Numbered from the stretch's first letter, positions 9,404 through 18,454 are shown. The stretch: DNA of 36,768 bases from Thermoproteaceae archaeon (GCA_020833025.1 JAJHRB010000006.1:1-36768), one strand, 5' to 3'. Program-made: numbers and translations. Notes: generated from the letters alone by a model not told the origin.

Positions 9404-10687
9404 GTGGGCGTGTTATTGAACGTTGACTATAGCGACGAGCTGACGAGACTCAGAGTCCGCAGTATAGTGAGACAGCTGCAGAGAGCCGGCATGTTCTCCA
9501 GACTGGCGTCGCTGCCAGACGACGTAATTGCAGACGCCTTCTACGTCCACTACAGGACGCCGATCTTAAGAGAGCAGCCCGGGCGCGACGAGACTCTGTG
9601 GTATATGTTTGTAAAGACATATCTCTCGTCGGATGTATACCAGGAGGTATCTAAAATAAGCAGGTATAACTACCGCGTGTCGAAAATTGCAGCAACCAAG
9701 CTCTTGCGAGCTTACAGCAACTTCCTGTGGAGAGCAGAGAGAGGGAGTGGCGCTGCAAATGGCGAGGAGCGCGGCGCGCGGAACGCGGGCGACCGCGCGC
9801 AGCAGGAAATAGAGATGCTCATAAGATTTTACATGGGAAGTATTAAAGATGTCGAGCGGCTGCGGAGGTCCATTGCGCGCGCGCTCGGCGAGGAGGCCGG
9901 CAAGACGGCAGCCGAGCTTCTGTTCAGCATAGACGCGGACCCGTACCGCGCTAGACTCGCCAAGATCCTCGAGTCAGTAGTGGAGGTGCTCTCAGTGCTG
10001 GGACCCGAGCTCAGACACGGAGAGGTCGAGGAGAGGCAGGGGCTCGTCACCGGAATTACGAGAATAAAGGCGTTCTCCGACCTCAGGAGGGCCACAAATC
10101 TGACGCGCGCGCTCTACATCTCGGCGCGCGAGCTATTCAGCTACAAGCTCGCGACGAAGTCGCTCTCAGTGTACGAGCTGAGTGTAGACACTCGGGGAAA
10201 TCTGTACCTGCTAGTCGACAAGTCCGGCTCCATGTTCTACACCGTGTACGACGAGGTGGCGAGGGGCGCGACGCAGAAAATAGCGTGGGCTACCGCCCTC
10301 GCCATAGCCTTGATGAGAAAGGGAAGTAGGGTCGTGCTGAGGTTCTTCGACCAGATAGTCCACCCGCCGGTAACGAGCGTTAAAGAGGCTATAAGGTCGT
10401 TGCTGAGCGTCATGCCTCTCGGCGGGACTGACATCACCGCCGCCGTTCATACTGCCGTTAGCGACGCAAAGCGCAGCGGCCTTTACAAGTACAAGCTGGT
10501 CCTTATAACTGACGGCGAGGATGATGCCGTGCGCCCCGAGATCCTCAGGGCGGCGAGGCAGGCATTCAGAGAGGTCAGGGCGGTGCTGGTAGGCGGCACG
10601 AACAAGGTCATAGAGTCCTGCCTGCCGACTCTCAAGGTCAACCCCGCCGATTTCAGCACGCTGAAGGCCGCGCTCAGGAGCGTATAG
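9404..10687 (+). CDS. VWA-domain protein (ViaA-like partner of MoxR)
   Basis: MIDAS LLVDKSGSM, GGTDI, LITDGED after a helical N-terminal region. Confidence 0.88.
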   Translation: MGVLLNVDYSDELTRLRVRSIVRQLQRAGMFSRLASLPDDVIADAFYVHYRTPILREQPGRDETLWYMFVKTYLSSDVYQEVSKISRYNYRVSKIAATKLLRAYSNFLWRAERGSGAANGEERGARNAGDRAQQEIEMLIRFYMGSIKDVERLRRSIARALGEEAGKTAAELLFSIDADPYRARLAKILESVVEVLSVLGPELRHGEVEERQGLVTGITRIKAFSDLRRATNLTRALYISARELFSYKLATKSLSVYELSVDTRGNLYLLVDKSGSMFYTVYDEVARGATQKIAWATALAIALMRKGSRVVLRFFDQIVHPPVTSVKEAIRSLLSVMPLGGTDITAAVHTAVSDAKRSGLYKYKLVLITDGEDDAVRPEILRAARQAFREVRAVLVGGTNKVIESCLPTLKVNPADFSTLKAALRSV

Positions 10688-10720
10688 GCATGATTTAAGT
10701 GGCCCGGAGCGCAGAGCGGC

Positions 10721-12004
10721 ATGGCAGGACGCGCGCTCGCGCTGGCGCTTGCCGCCGCGGCGCTCGCGGCCGCGCTGCTCTCACTCGCGCTCCTCGCGCA
10801 CAAGCACGGCCAGGCGGAGGCCTCCGGGCGCGTCTACGTGTACCACGTGAGCGTTAGCGCCGCGGGAGGTAGGGGCGCGAGCGGCATTGCGTACTACACA
10901 GAGAGCGAGTACGGCACGGTTTACGGCCAGCGCGTCGGCAACGGCAGCTTCTTCGCGCTCTTGAAGAGCGCGAGGGGGGTCATGAACGCGCTCGTCGAGA
11001 CCCCGCACGTGATCCGAAAGCTCACGTACTACGCCGAGTACGCGAACGGGTCCTATGCGCTCTGCGTGAACTCGTCCGCGTCAGCGACCGTGGCCGGCGA
11101 GAGAGTGACTGTAACGCGGAGGGAGTGCGCGGCTGCAGCCGCACAGCTGCCCTCCGCCGGGACATTTGACGAGCTGGTGAGAGCGCTGCTGGGCCTCCCC
11201 GGGCCCACCTCGCCCTCGCACTGGAGGCTCGCCGGCGCTGCCCTGACGCCGTATGGCCGCGCGCTCGTCTACGCCAACGTCACGGAGGTTCCCGTGCTGC
11301 AGCTGCTCGGCAGCACGATAAAGCTGGTGTTCGAGCACGAGAAGTGGGTGCTCCCCGACGGCGCGGTGTATGCGTACAGAGTGCGCGAGGTCTCGGAGAG
11401 AGACCTCGTCGCCGCGCTGACATACACGCTGAGGAACGTCACGCCGCTGACGCCCGAGCTCAGCTCGGTGATAGGAGAGCTCGCGCGCGAGGTCAAGGCG
11501 GCGGCAGGCGGCGGTCTCGAGATACTGCGCGCGGCGGAGAGAGTCGGCATGCCGTTTAACGGCAGCTGGCCCGCGCTAGTGGCCTTCTTTGACCTCCACT
11601 GCCCCTACTGCGCCAGGCTCTTCGTCTACAACTTGACGCTGCTCGAGGGGCGCAGGCTCGCGCTCGTCGACCTAGTGGTACACCCAGACGCCGAGCAGTA
11701 CCACGAGAGCCTCCGCTGCCTCTACAAGGAGACTAACGCGTCGAGAGGCGCCGTGATGGGCGCCATAGTCTCCGCGTACAAGAGGCTGCTCGGCGGCAGC
11801 GGCAACTACTCCGGCCTGCTCCCGCGGGAGCACTGCGCGATAGACGTGGAGTCGGGCAGGCGCCTCGCAGAGCTCCTCGCCGGCGAGGCGGCAACGCCGA
11901 TAGTCGCCGTGGTGTACCCCAACGGGAGCTACAGGGTGATAGTTGGCTACAGGCCCTCGGAAATTGCCATGGCGCTCGGCGCGGCGGGAGGCGCGCAACG
12001 ATAA
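10721..12004 (+). CDS. Exported/membrane-anchored protein with C-terminal DsbA-like thioredoxin fold
   Basis: N-terminal hydrophobic signal/anchor; FFDLHCPYCARL (CxxC) and ATPIV (cis-Pro loop) in the C-terminal third; uncharacterised N-terminal domain. Confidence 0.75.
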   Translation: MAGRALALALAAAALAAALLSLALLAHKHGQAEASGRVYVYHVSVSAAGGRGASGIAYYTESEYGTVYGQRVGNGSFFALLKSARGVMNALVETPHVIRKLTYYAEYANGSYALCVNSSASATVAGERVTVTRRECAAAAAQLPSAGTFDELVRALLGLPGPTSPSHWRLAGAALTPYGRALVYANVTEVPVLQLLGSTIKLVFEHEKWVLPDGAVYAYRVREVSERDLVAALTYTLRNVTPLTPELSSVIGELAREVKAAAGGGLEILRAAERVGMPFNGSWPALVAFFDLHCPYCARLFVYNLTLLEGRRLALVDLVVHPDAEQYHESLRCLYKETNASRGAVMGAIVSAYKRLLGGSGNYSGLLPREHCAIDVESGRRLAELLAGEAATPIVAVVYPNGSYRVIVGYRPSEIAMALGAAGGAQR

Positions 12005-12027
12005 AACGCCCCGCCTGGCGCAACGCC

Positions 12028-12729
12028 GTGGGAATCTTTGTCGGGACGTCCGGCTGGGCCTACTCGTGGAATCTCGGGGGCTCGCTTGAGTGGTACGTCA
12101 GGAGCAGCGGGCTTAACGCGGTCGAGCTGAACGCGAGCTTTTACCGCATACCCGCAGAGCGCCAGGTGAGGCGGTGGGCGCTGGTGGGCAGGGAGCTCAG
12201 GTGGGCCGTCAAGGTGCACAGGAGCGTGACGCACTCGGGCAGGCTCTCGGAGAAGGCGCTCGACGCTCTGCGGCGCTTCCTCTCCGCCTTCGAGCCGATG
12301 GACGGCCTGATAGACTTCTACCTGTTCCAGATGCCGCCCGCGTTTGTGAAGTCGGAGGAGAACGCCGCGAGGGTGGAGAGGGTCGCCTCGCTCCTCGGCG
12401 GGAGGGCCGCCTTTGAGTTCCGCCACCCCAGCTGGTTCTCCGACGAGACGGTCTCGTGGGCCGAGCGCACGGGCTTCACGCCGGTGTCTGTGGACTCCCC
12501 CAATGCTACGTGGATAGTCGCGGTGCGCGGCACGGTCTACTTGAGAATGCACGGAAGGTCCGCGTGGTACTCTCACAACTACAGCGAGGGAGAGCTGCGG
12601 GAGGTGGCAGAGAGACTGGCGGCGCTGAGGCCGCGCAGGGTCTACGTCTTCTTCAACAACGACCACGCAATGCTAGACAACGCTAGGGCCATGATGAGAG
12701 TGCTGAGAGAGCTCGCCGGGAGGGCGTGA
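12028..12729 (+). CDS. DUF72 (YecE-like) TIM-barrel protein
   Basis: GTSGW, NAVELNASFY, VKVHRSVTH, FEFRHPSWF, YLRMHGR and YVFFNND motifs. Confidence 0.9.
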   Translation: MGIFVGTSGWAYSWNLGGSLEWYVRSSGLNAVELNASFYRIPAERQVRRWALVGRELRWAVKVHRSVTHSGRLSEKALDALRRFLSAFEPMDGLIDFYLFQMPPAFVKSEENAARVERVASLLGGRAAFEFRHPSWFSDETVSWAERTGFTPVSVDSPNATWIVAVRGTVYLRMHGRSAWYSHNYSEGELREVAERLAALRPRRVYVFFNNDHAMLDNARAMMRVLRELAGRA

Positions 12730-12731
12730 GG

Positions 12732-12755
12732 AAAAAGGCGGGAGTTAACCCCGCC
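12732..12755 (-). terminator. Hairpin plus T-run between convergent genes
   Basis: Minus strand reads GGCGGG-GTTAACT-CCCGCC-TTTTT just after the stop of the 12761-14308 gene. Confidence 0.55.
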
Positions 12756-12760
12756 GCCGG

Positions 12761-14308
12761 CTATCTCGCCTCGATGTAGAGCCCCGCGGGCGCGCCGTAC
12801 GTGCAGCCGGACGGCGTTGCGTACGTCAGCCTGCTCGCCGCCATGTAGACGTACATGTAGTCGGAGCCGATGTTTTCCAGCCCGCCATCAATGTAGAGAC
12901 TCGACGACTGGTAGCCGAACGACACGACGACGCCTCCAAGAAATGCTTGGCAGGCGGGCGCGTACTCAGGGGCGAGCGCGCTGCAGAGCGCCATTCCCAC
13001 GAGGGCGCCCACGGGCACGCCGACGTCAAAGCCTGCGCTGCACTTGTCGCAGCTCTGGAGGATTGTCTGGAGCGTGATGCTCTCGCCGGGGTCCAGCTTG
13101 CCGTCGGCCAGCGCGGTCTCCGGCACGACGAGCTGCTGCATCTGAACGCCGCCGAAGAAGCTGCTCATCAACGCGCTGTGGGGGAGCCCCGGCTGGCTCC
13201 CGCCCTGAATCTGCACCCCGCTGATCAGCACGCTGGAGACGTACGCGTCGAGCTCGTCGTACATGTAGTAGTAACAGCTGTACTCGTAGCCGTCGAAGCA
13301 GAGGTAGACCTCGTAGAGCTCGGTGACGGGCCTCGCCCAGATGTAAGCCCACCACCGCCCGCCAGGGTCAAGCGGCGGGAGGTATCTGAAGTAGCTATAC
13401 CTCTGGCCGCCCCAGACCGCGCCGCCGACGAATAAATTAACGCCTGGCCAGCTGCCCTGCCTCAGCGCGCTGATTATCTGGCCCGTGCTGTAGGCGAGCC
13501 TCGCGACGACGCTGTCGGTCTGCGTATAAATCAGTATTGAGCTGCCAAGCCTCGCCCCCGCCCTCGGCGCGTTGTTGTAAACCACGAGCACGGGGGTCTT
13601 CACGTACAGCACGCCGCCCTGGCTCGTGAAGTAGTCGGGCGGGAGCGCCGACGTCAAGTTCTCCGGCCCCGACCACGCCACCGGTATCCAGCAGATCGCG
13701 TCGATGCTCTCGCCTATGCCGTAGCAGTAGCACTCCCTCCCGTCGCACGTTGGATCTCTCGCCTCTGCCGCCGCCACCGCTCTTGCCGGCCAGGCAGCAG
13801 CCCTCGCTGCCTCCACCTGCGGGCGGCCCCTCGCGACGCGGGCTACGTAGTACACGGCCTGCGGCCTCTTGAAGTCGCCAAGCGTGAGCGGTATCGAGTC
13901 GTGCGCCGTGTATATCGGAGCCCTGCTGGTCCTGTTCAGCAGTATCGCATCGACTATGAGCCCTATCTGGTGTCTGTCCACGAGCTCCTCTGGCACCCCC
14001 ATGGACCGCAGGTGCTCGCGCCACCTGTCGGCGTGCTTTTTTATTGCGTCGTAGGGTATCTTAACAACGGGAATGCCCCTGAAGCACCCGCCCGCGAGGG
14101 GCCTGGAGCCCTCTGGCGTGACTACTCTCGCGAAGATGCAGAGCGAGACGTTCTGGGCGGCGAGCCGTCCCGTCTCGTCGGCGCCGGTCGGCGCGTGGAA
14201 CCTGAAGTCCAGGTAGAGGCCCGGCTCGGGCCGCAGCGTGTAAAGCGCCACGGCGATTGCCGCGAGCGCGGCCGCGGCAGCTGCAGCCGCGATGAGTGCA
14301 CTACGCAT
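12761..14308 (-). CDS. Secreted Cys-rich hypothetical protein
   Basis: 515-aa ORF with a signal-like N-terminus, Ala-rich linker, 13 Cys by manual count and a hydrophobic hairpin near the C-terminus; no family recognised. Confidence 0.8.
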   Translation of the reverse strand: MRSALIAAAAAAAALAAIAVALYTLRPEPGLYLDFRFHAPTGADETGRLAAQNVSLCIFARVVTPEGSRPLAGGCFRGIPVVKIPYDAIKKHADRWREHLRSMGVPEELVDRHQIGLIVDAILLNRTSRAPIYTAHDSIPLTLGDFKRPQAVYYVARVARGRPQVEAARAAAWPARAVAAAEARDPTCDGRECYCYGIGESIDAICWIPVAWSGPENLTSALPPDYFTSQGGVLYVKTPVLVVYNNAPRAGARLGSSILIYTQTDSVVARLAYSTGQIISALRQGSWPGVNLFVGGAVWGGQRYSYFRYLPPLDPGGRWWAYIWARPVTELYEVYLCFDGYEYSCYYYMYDELDAYVSSVLISGVQIQGGSQPGLPHSALMSSFFGGVQMQQLVVPETALADGKLDPGESITLQTILQSCDKCSAGFDVGVPVGALVGMALCSALAPEYAPACQAFLGGVVVSFGYQSSSLYIDGGLENIGSDYMYVYMAASRLTYATPSGCTYGAPAGLYIEAR

Positions 14309-14379
14309 GGCAGGGCCGCGCCTCCCGGCTTTTTTTTACTCCGCAGGTTAGTGTAATTAAGCCCCTGACTGGGGCGGGG

Positions 14380-14513
14380 TGGTGGGGCCGCCGGGATTCT
14401 TGGGCGGGCACTGCCCCGAACCCGGGTCGCCCGCGTCCCCCCGCCGGGGCCCCGGCTGTAAGGCCTGCGCGGCGCTACAGCGCCTGGGCATCCTTCCGCT
14501 AGACTACGGCCCC
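14380..14513 (-). tRNA. tRNA-Val(TAC) with three introns (29/30, 36/37, 56/57), CCA encoded
   Basis: Removing 14465-14485, 14437-14457 and 14400-14417 gives GGGGCCG-TA-GTCT-AGCGGAA-GGAT-G-CCCGC-CTTACAC-GCGGG-CGAC-CCGGG-TTCGAAT-CCCGG-CGGCCCC-ACCA; each intron has BHB-like geometry. Confidence 0.8.
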
Positions 14514-14604
14514 CCTTTCTGTGCGCGGCGCTTTATTAAGCTTTCCTGGCAGCAAGCGCCGGCGTGGCCCGGAAACCTTTAAAAGCAACGGCGGGGGACG
14601 CTCG

Positions 14605-14717
14605 GGGCCCGTAGTCTAGCCTGGTAGGATGCGCGGTTGTACACTACCGTGTACCGCAGTGGGTCCGCGTGATCCCGGGAGGGTACCCCGGGACTTCAAA
14701 TCCCGGCGGGCCCACCA
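14605..14717 (+). tRNA. tRNA-Pro(TGG) with two introns (33/34, 53/54), CCA encoded
   Basis: Introns 14639-14659 and 14680-14694 each have a perfect 4-bp central helix and 3-nt bulges; mature anticodon arm CGCGG-TTTGGGT-CCGCG, T-loop TTCAAAT. Confidence 0.85.
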
Positions 14718-14759
14718 TTATCTCAAGGGAGCAAACGCGCGGCGCCGGAAGAAGCGCGG

Positions 14760-15125
14760 GGCGCCTGTTCAGAGCCCTCGCAGCACGCTCCCTCCTCCGC
14801 CGCGGCGATCCTCTCGACGAGCTCCGGGGAGAGGCGCATCTCAATCATGTCGAGCAGGCTCTCCAGCCCCTCCCCGCAGCCCCTCAGCATCCTCAGCGCG
14901 AGCGCCGCCAGCAGTCCCAGCTCCGGCTTCGCGGCGGTGCCCCCTCTCGCACTCCCTGATGCACTTCTTGAGGCAGTCTAGGCGCCCCTCTCTATGCGCT
15001 TCACAAGCCCCTCCCTGTCTATTGACTTCAACGCCGCGAGCACCTCCCTGCACAGCCGCGCGCCGGCCCTCTTCCTGCACTCCTCCGGGAACTTGTCGTC
15101 ATCCGTGGCCGTGCGGAGGACTGGC
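14760..15125 (-). pseudogene. Frameshifted remnant of a helical, Cys-containing hypothetical protein
   Basis: Protein-like segments in different frames: DDDKFPEECRKRAGARLCREVLAALKSIDREGLVKRIERG / LDCLKKCIRECERG / AKPELGLLAALALRMLRGCGEGLESLLDMIEMRLSPELVERIAAAEE; no in-frame start. Confidence 0.5.
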
Positions 15126-15359
15126 CGTTATGAAATTACCTCTCCCGGGGTCCTGAGCGCCCGGCGGCGCGCCCAGCGCGTAAAGAGCCGCGCGCCTGCG
15201 CCTCTTGACGCGCGTAAACTGCCGGGTCTCGACGAGGTGGTGGCTAGCTCAGGCTGCTGCTAGGGTCTCTCGGAGCGACGTGCGTGGCGCCGGACGGCGC
15301 GCCGCGCTCTCTAGGGGGCGGGCTCGCTGCACGTGCCCTACGGCTTTACTAAGGCCGGC

Positions 15360-16007
15360 TCACCGCTGCCCGCGCCCCCTCAAGATTTCAGCCGCGAGCC
15401 TCACAGCGTCGCCTATTGTCGCGCTGCTCGCGGTCGCGTGCCGCACCCCGAGGCGGGAGAGCGCGCGGGAGGTGACCGGGCCTATCGCCACGACGACCTT
15501 GCCGCTCATGTCCGCGAGCCCGGCGACGGCCTCCGCGGCGAGAGAGCTGGCAAAAACCACGGCGCGGGCCCCCGCAATTAGCCGGGCGGCAGCTCTCGCC
15601 CTCTCCGGGTCAATCTCGACGTCGTAAACCGGCACCTCAATCACGCCGGGAGTCAGGGATCTCAGGATGTCGTTCCCCGAGCTGGATCTCAACACAACGA
15701 CCCTCCCCGGCGCGAGGCCTGACAGCAGCTCCGCCACGCCGTAGCTGGTGTACTCGCGGGGGATTTCGCAGTCGCCGACAGCTCTCGCGGTCGACGGCCC
15801 TATGCAGATAACGCGCTTGAACTTGCGCCTTAGCGCCGCCACGTCAACTGCGCTGGCGGCCACCGGGCTCATTACCACCAAGTAGTCCCCCTCGGGCACG
15901 GTGACGTCGCGCCGCGGGATCGCGCGGCCCACGGGCGCGCACACCGCGCCCCCCGGGCAGGGCCCCTCCTTTATCCTGATGACGACAATCTCAGCGCCGC
16001 CCTCCAT
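15360..16007 (-). CDS. hemD: Uroporphyrinogen-III synthase
   Basis: CIGPSTARA, LRS, VPVYD, VFASS and AIGPVT motifs; downstream of cobA. Confidence 0.85.
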   Translation of the reverse strand: MEGGAEIVVIRIKEGPCPGGAVCAPVGRAIPRRDVTVPEGDYLVVMSPVAASAVDVAALRRKFKRVICIGPSTARAVGDCEIPREYTSYGVAELLSGLAPGRVVVLRSSSGNDILRSLTPGVIEVPVYDVEIDPERARAAARLIAGARAVVFASSLAAEAVAGLADMSGKVVVAIGPVTSRALSRLGVRHATASSATIGDAVRLAAEILRGRGQR

Positions 16008-16714
16008 AGCCTCAACCCTCTCTCCACTACCCTCCCCACGACGATTATGCTCGGGCTCGGGAGGGGGCCCAGCCTCCCCAGAGTTGTTGTGAAGAATTCC
16101 TCGTCCTCGTAAAACGCAGACTTTACCACAGCGACAGGAGTGTCGCCGGGCAGGCCGCCTTCGATGAGCTCTCTCGCAATCTGCCCGGCGACCGACGCGC
16201 CCATGTACACTATTATTGTGTCAACTGCGCCTGCCAGCTTCTTGAAGTCCACCTGCCTCGCGCCCTTTCTCTGGTCCTCCCTCCCGGTGACCAGTGCAAC
16301 AGAGCTAGCCGTCCCTCTCACCACTGGCGGTATGTAGTACTTCGCCGGGGCCGCGAGGCCGCTGGTAACGCCGGGGACTATCTCGCACGGCACGCCCCTG
16401 GATATCAAGTACTCGCACTCCTCGAAGCCCCTGCCGAAGACCAGCGGGTCGCCTCCGTGCAGCCTCACGACGGTGTTAAGGCGGGACGCGTATTCATACA
16501 GCGCTCTGTTTATCTCCTCCTGAGAGGCGCCAATGCCGCCGGGCTGCTTGCCGACGTCAACTACGATAGCGCCCGGCCTCACGCGCCGGAGGAGCTCCCG
16601 CGGCACCAGCCTGTCGTGCAGTACGGCATCTGCTGACTCCAGGAGTCTCAAGCCCTTGACCGTGATAAGCTCGGGATCGCCGGGCCCCGCGCCCACAATG
16701 AAGACCCTGCCCAT
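15971..16714 (-). CDS. cobA: Uroporphyrinogen-III C-methyltransferase
   Basis: IVGAGPGDPELIT, LHDRLV, RLHGGDPLVFGRG and VPGVTS motifs. Confidence 0.95.
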   Translation of the reverse strand: MGRVFIVGAGPGDPELITVKGLRLLESADAVLHDRLVPRELLRRVRPGAIVVDVGKQPGGIGASQEEINRALYEYASRLNTVVRLHGGDPLVFGRGFEECEYLISRGVPCEIVPGVTSGLAAPAKYYIPPVVRGTASSVALVTGREDQRKGARQVDFKKLAGAVDTIIVYMGASVAGQIARELIEGGLPGDTPVAVVKSAFYEDEEFFTTTLGRLGPLPSPSIIVVGRVVERGLRLWRAALRLSSSG

Positions 16715-16750
16715 GCGGGCCGCTGCAGGCCCCCGGCGCCTGCCCCGCGC

Positions 16751-16912
16751 CTACTTTTTCTTGAATTTCTTCGGTCGCAAGTTCTTGCTGCGGCAGCGCC
16801 TGCACTTCTCGGCGTCAGGCGGGTTCCTGGCGCCGCACTTCCTGCATACTTTGTAGCCGAACTTGTGCCTTGTCACAATTTCCATCTTCTCGGGGTCAAG
16901 CGCCACTGGCAT
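16751..16912 (-). CDS. rpl40e: 50S ribosomal protein L40e
   Basis: Not in the ORF track. [53 protein letters not shown]. Confidence 0.95.
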   Translation of the reverse strand: MPVALDPEKMEIVTRHKFGYKVCRKCGARNPPDAEKCRRCRSKNLRPKKFKKK

Positions 16913-16997
16913 TGTTGAGCCCCGGCGGTCTGGGTATAAATTTTCTTATACCGCTACATCGCGAATTAAATATTTCTGGCCGCCGGCAAGTGCTTGC

Positions 16998-18407
16998 ATG
17001 CTGAAAAAGCTGCTATACCCGTCAAGCGTTGCGGTAATTGGGGCGTCGCCAAAACCTGGCTCCGTGGGGTACGTGGTGCTGGAAAATCTGCTAAGCAGGT
17101 TTAAGGGCGCCGTCTACCCTGTCAACCCTAAGTACGACGAGGTGGAGCTGTGGGGGCGCAAGGTGAAATTCTTCAAGAGCGTTCTTGACGTGCAGGAGCC
17201 CGTTGACGTCGCGGTCATAGCCACCCCCGCCCCCACCGTGCCCAAGGTGCTGGACGAGGCTGGCCGCAAGGGCGTCGCCGCGGCGATAGTGCTAAGCGGG
17301 GGGTTCGCGGAGGCGGGAAACGCGGCGCTCGAGGAGCAGGTGGTGGCCGTTGCTAGGCAGTACGGAATTAAGGTGCTCGGGCCCAACTGCATAGGCCTCT
17401 TTAATGCATTTGCCGACTTCGACACGGTATTCCTATCCTCCGAGAGGGCGGGGAGGCCCCCTCGCGGGCCGCTGGCCCTTATAAGCCAGAGCGGCGCCGT
17501 GACCGCGGCCATCATGGACTGGGCGGCGCGGAGGGGGCTGGGCCTGGGCATTGTCGTGAGTTACGGCAACGAGGCCGGCGTGACAGTCACGGAGCTCGTC
17601 GAGGCCGTCACCGACGACAGTAACGTCCGCGTCGTAACGCTCTACCTCGAGGGGTTCAGATACCCCGGAGAGGCCAGAAAGCTCCTGGAGGTGGCGAGGA
17701 AGGTGGCAGCGCGCAAGCCGATAATTGCGTACAAGGCGGGCAGGGGCCGCACAGCCCAGCGCGCCGTCAAGAGCCACGTCGCCGCGATGGCCGGCTCCTA
17801 CGATATGTACCGCGGACTCTTCAGTCAGGCGGGGATTATAGAGGCATCGTCTGTCAGGGAGATGTTTGACATGGCAAAGGCTCTTGCAATGCAGCCCATC
17901 CCGCGCGGCAGTAGAGTGCTGGTGGTGACCGACAGCGGGGGCCTGGCAATTCAGGCCGTGGACGTGCTGGAGGAGCTCGGTCTCGAGATCCCCGAGCTGC
18001 CGGAGAGCATCGCAAGAGAGCTAAAACGCGAGCTTCTGCCCTTCGCCACGGTGTCGAATCCCGTCGATCTGACCGGCAGCGCGACAGACGAGCACTACAA
18101 GATCGTGCTCGACGCGCTGCTCCCAACCGCATTCTTTGACATGGCGCTGGTGATAACGCTAGTGCAGGTGCCCGGCCTCACACACAATCTTGCCGACTAT
18201 ATAACTGCCGCGAGGAGGTACGGGAAGCCGATAGCTGTCGTGAACTTCGGCGGCAGCGAGTTCGTCATAAAGTTCGAGCGCGCGCTGGAGGACAACGGGA
18301 TACCGGTGTACCCGACTCCCGAGAGGGCAGCAAAGGCGCTGTGGGCGCTCTATAGGTACGGAGAGGTCAGGAGGAAAATTGCAATAGCAGAGGCCGCGGC
18401 GGCATAA
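16998..18407 (+). CDS. acdA: ADP-forming acyl/acetyl-CoA synthetase alpha subunit
   Basis: Start ATG 16998 (MLKKLLYPSSVAVIGAS); YPVNPK, LGPNCIG, SQSGA, KAGR...SH (phospho-His) and SNPVDLTG motifs. Confidence 0.92.
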   Translation: MLKKLLYPSSVAVIGASPKPGSVGYVVLENLLSRFKGAVYPVNPKYDEVELWGRKVKFFKSVLDVQEPVDVAVIATPAPTVPKVLDEAGRKGVAAAIVLSGGFAEAGNAALEEQVVAVARQYGIKVLGPNCIGLFNAFADFDTVFLSSERAGRPPRGPLALISQSGAVTAAIMDWAARRGLGLGIVVSYGNEAGVTVTELVEAVTDDSNVRVVTLYLEGFRYPGEARKLLEVARKVAARKPIIAYKAGRGRTAQRAVKSHVAAMAGSYDMYRGLFSQAGIIEASSVREMFDMAKALAMQPIPRGSRVLVVTDSGGLAIQAVDVLEELGLEIPELPESIARELKRELLPFATVSNPVDLTGSATDEHYKIVLDALLPTAFFDMALVITLVQVPGLTHNLADYITAARRYGKPIAVVNFGGSEFVIKFERALEDNGIPVYPTPERAAKALWALYRYGEVRRKIAIAEAAAA

Positions 18408-18454
18408 CGCGCGCTCGTGAATACGCTATAAATAGTCGGCGGGCCCCCGCCGCC

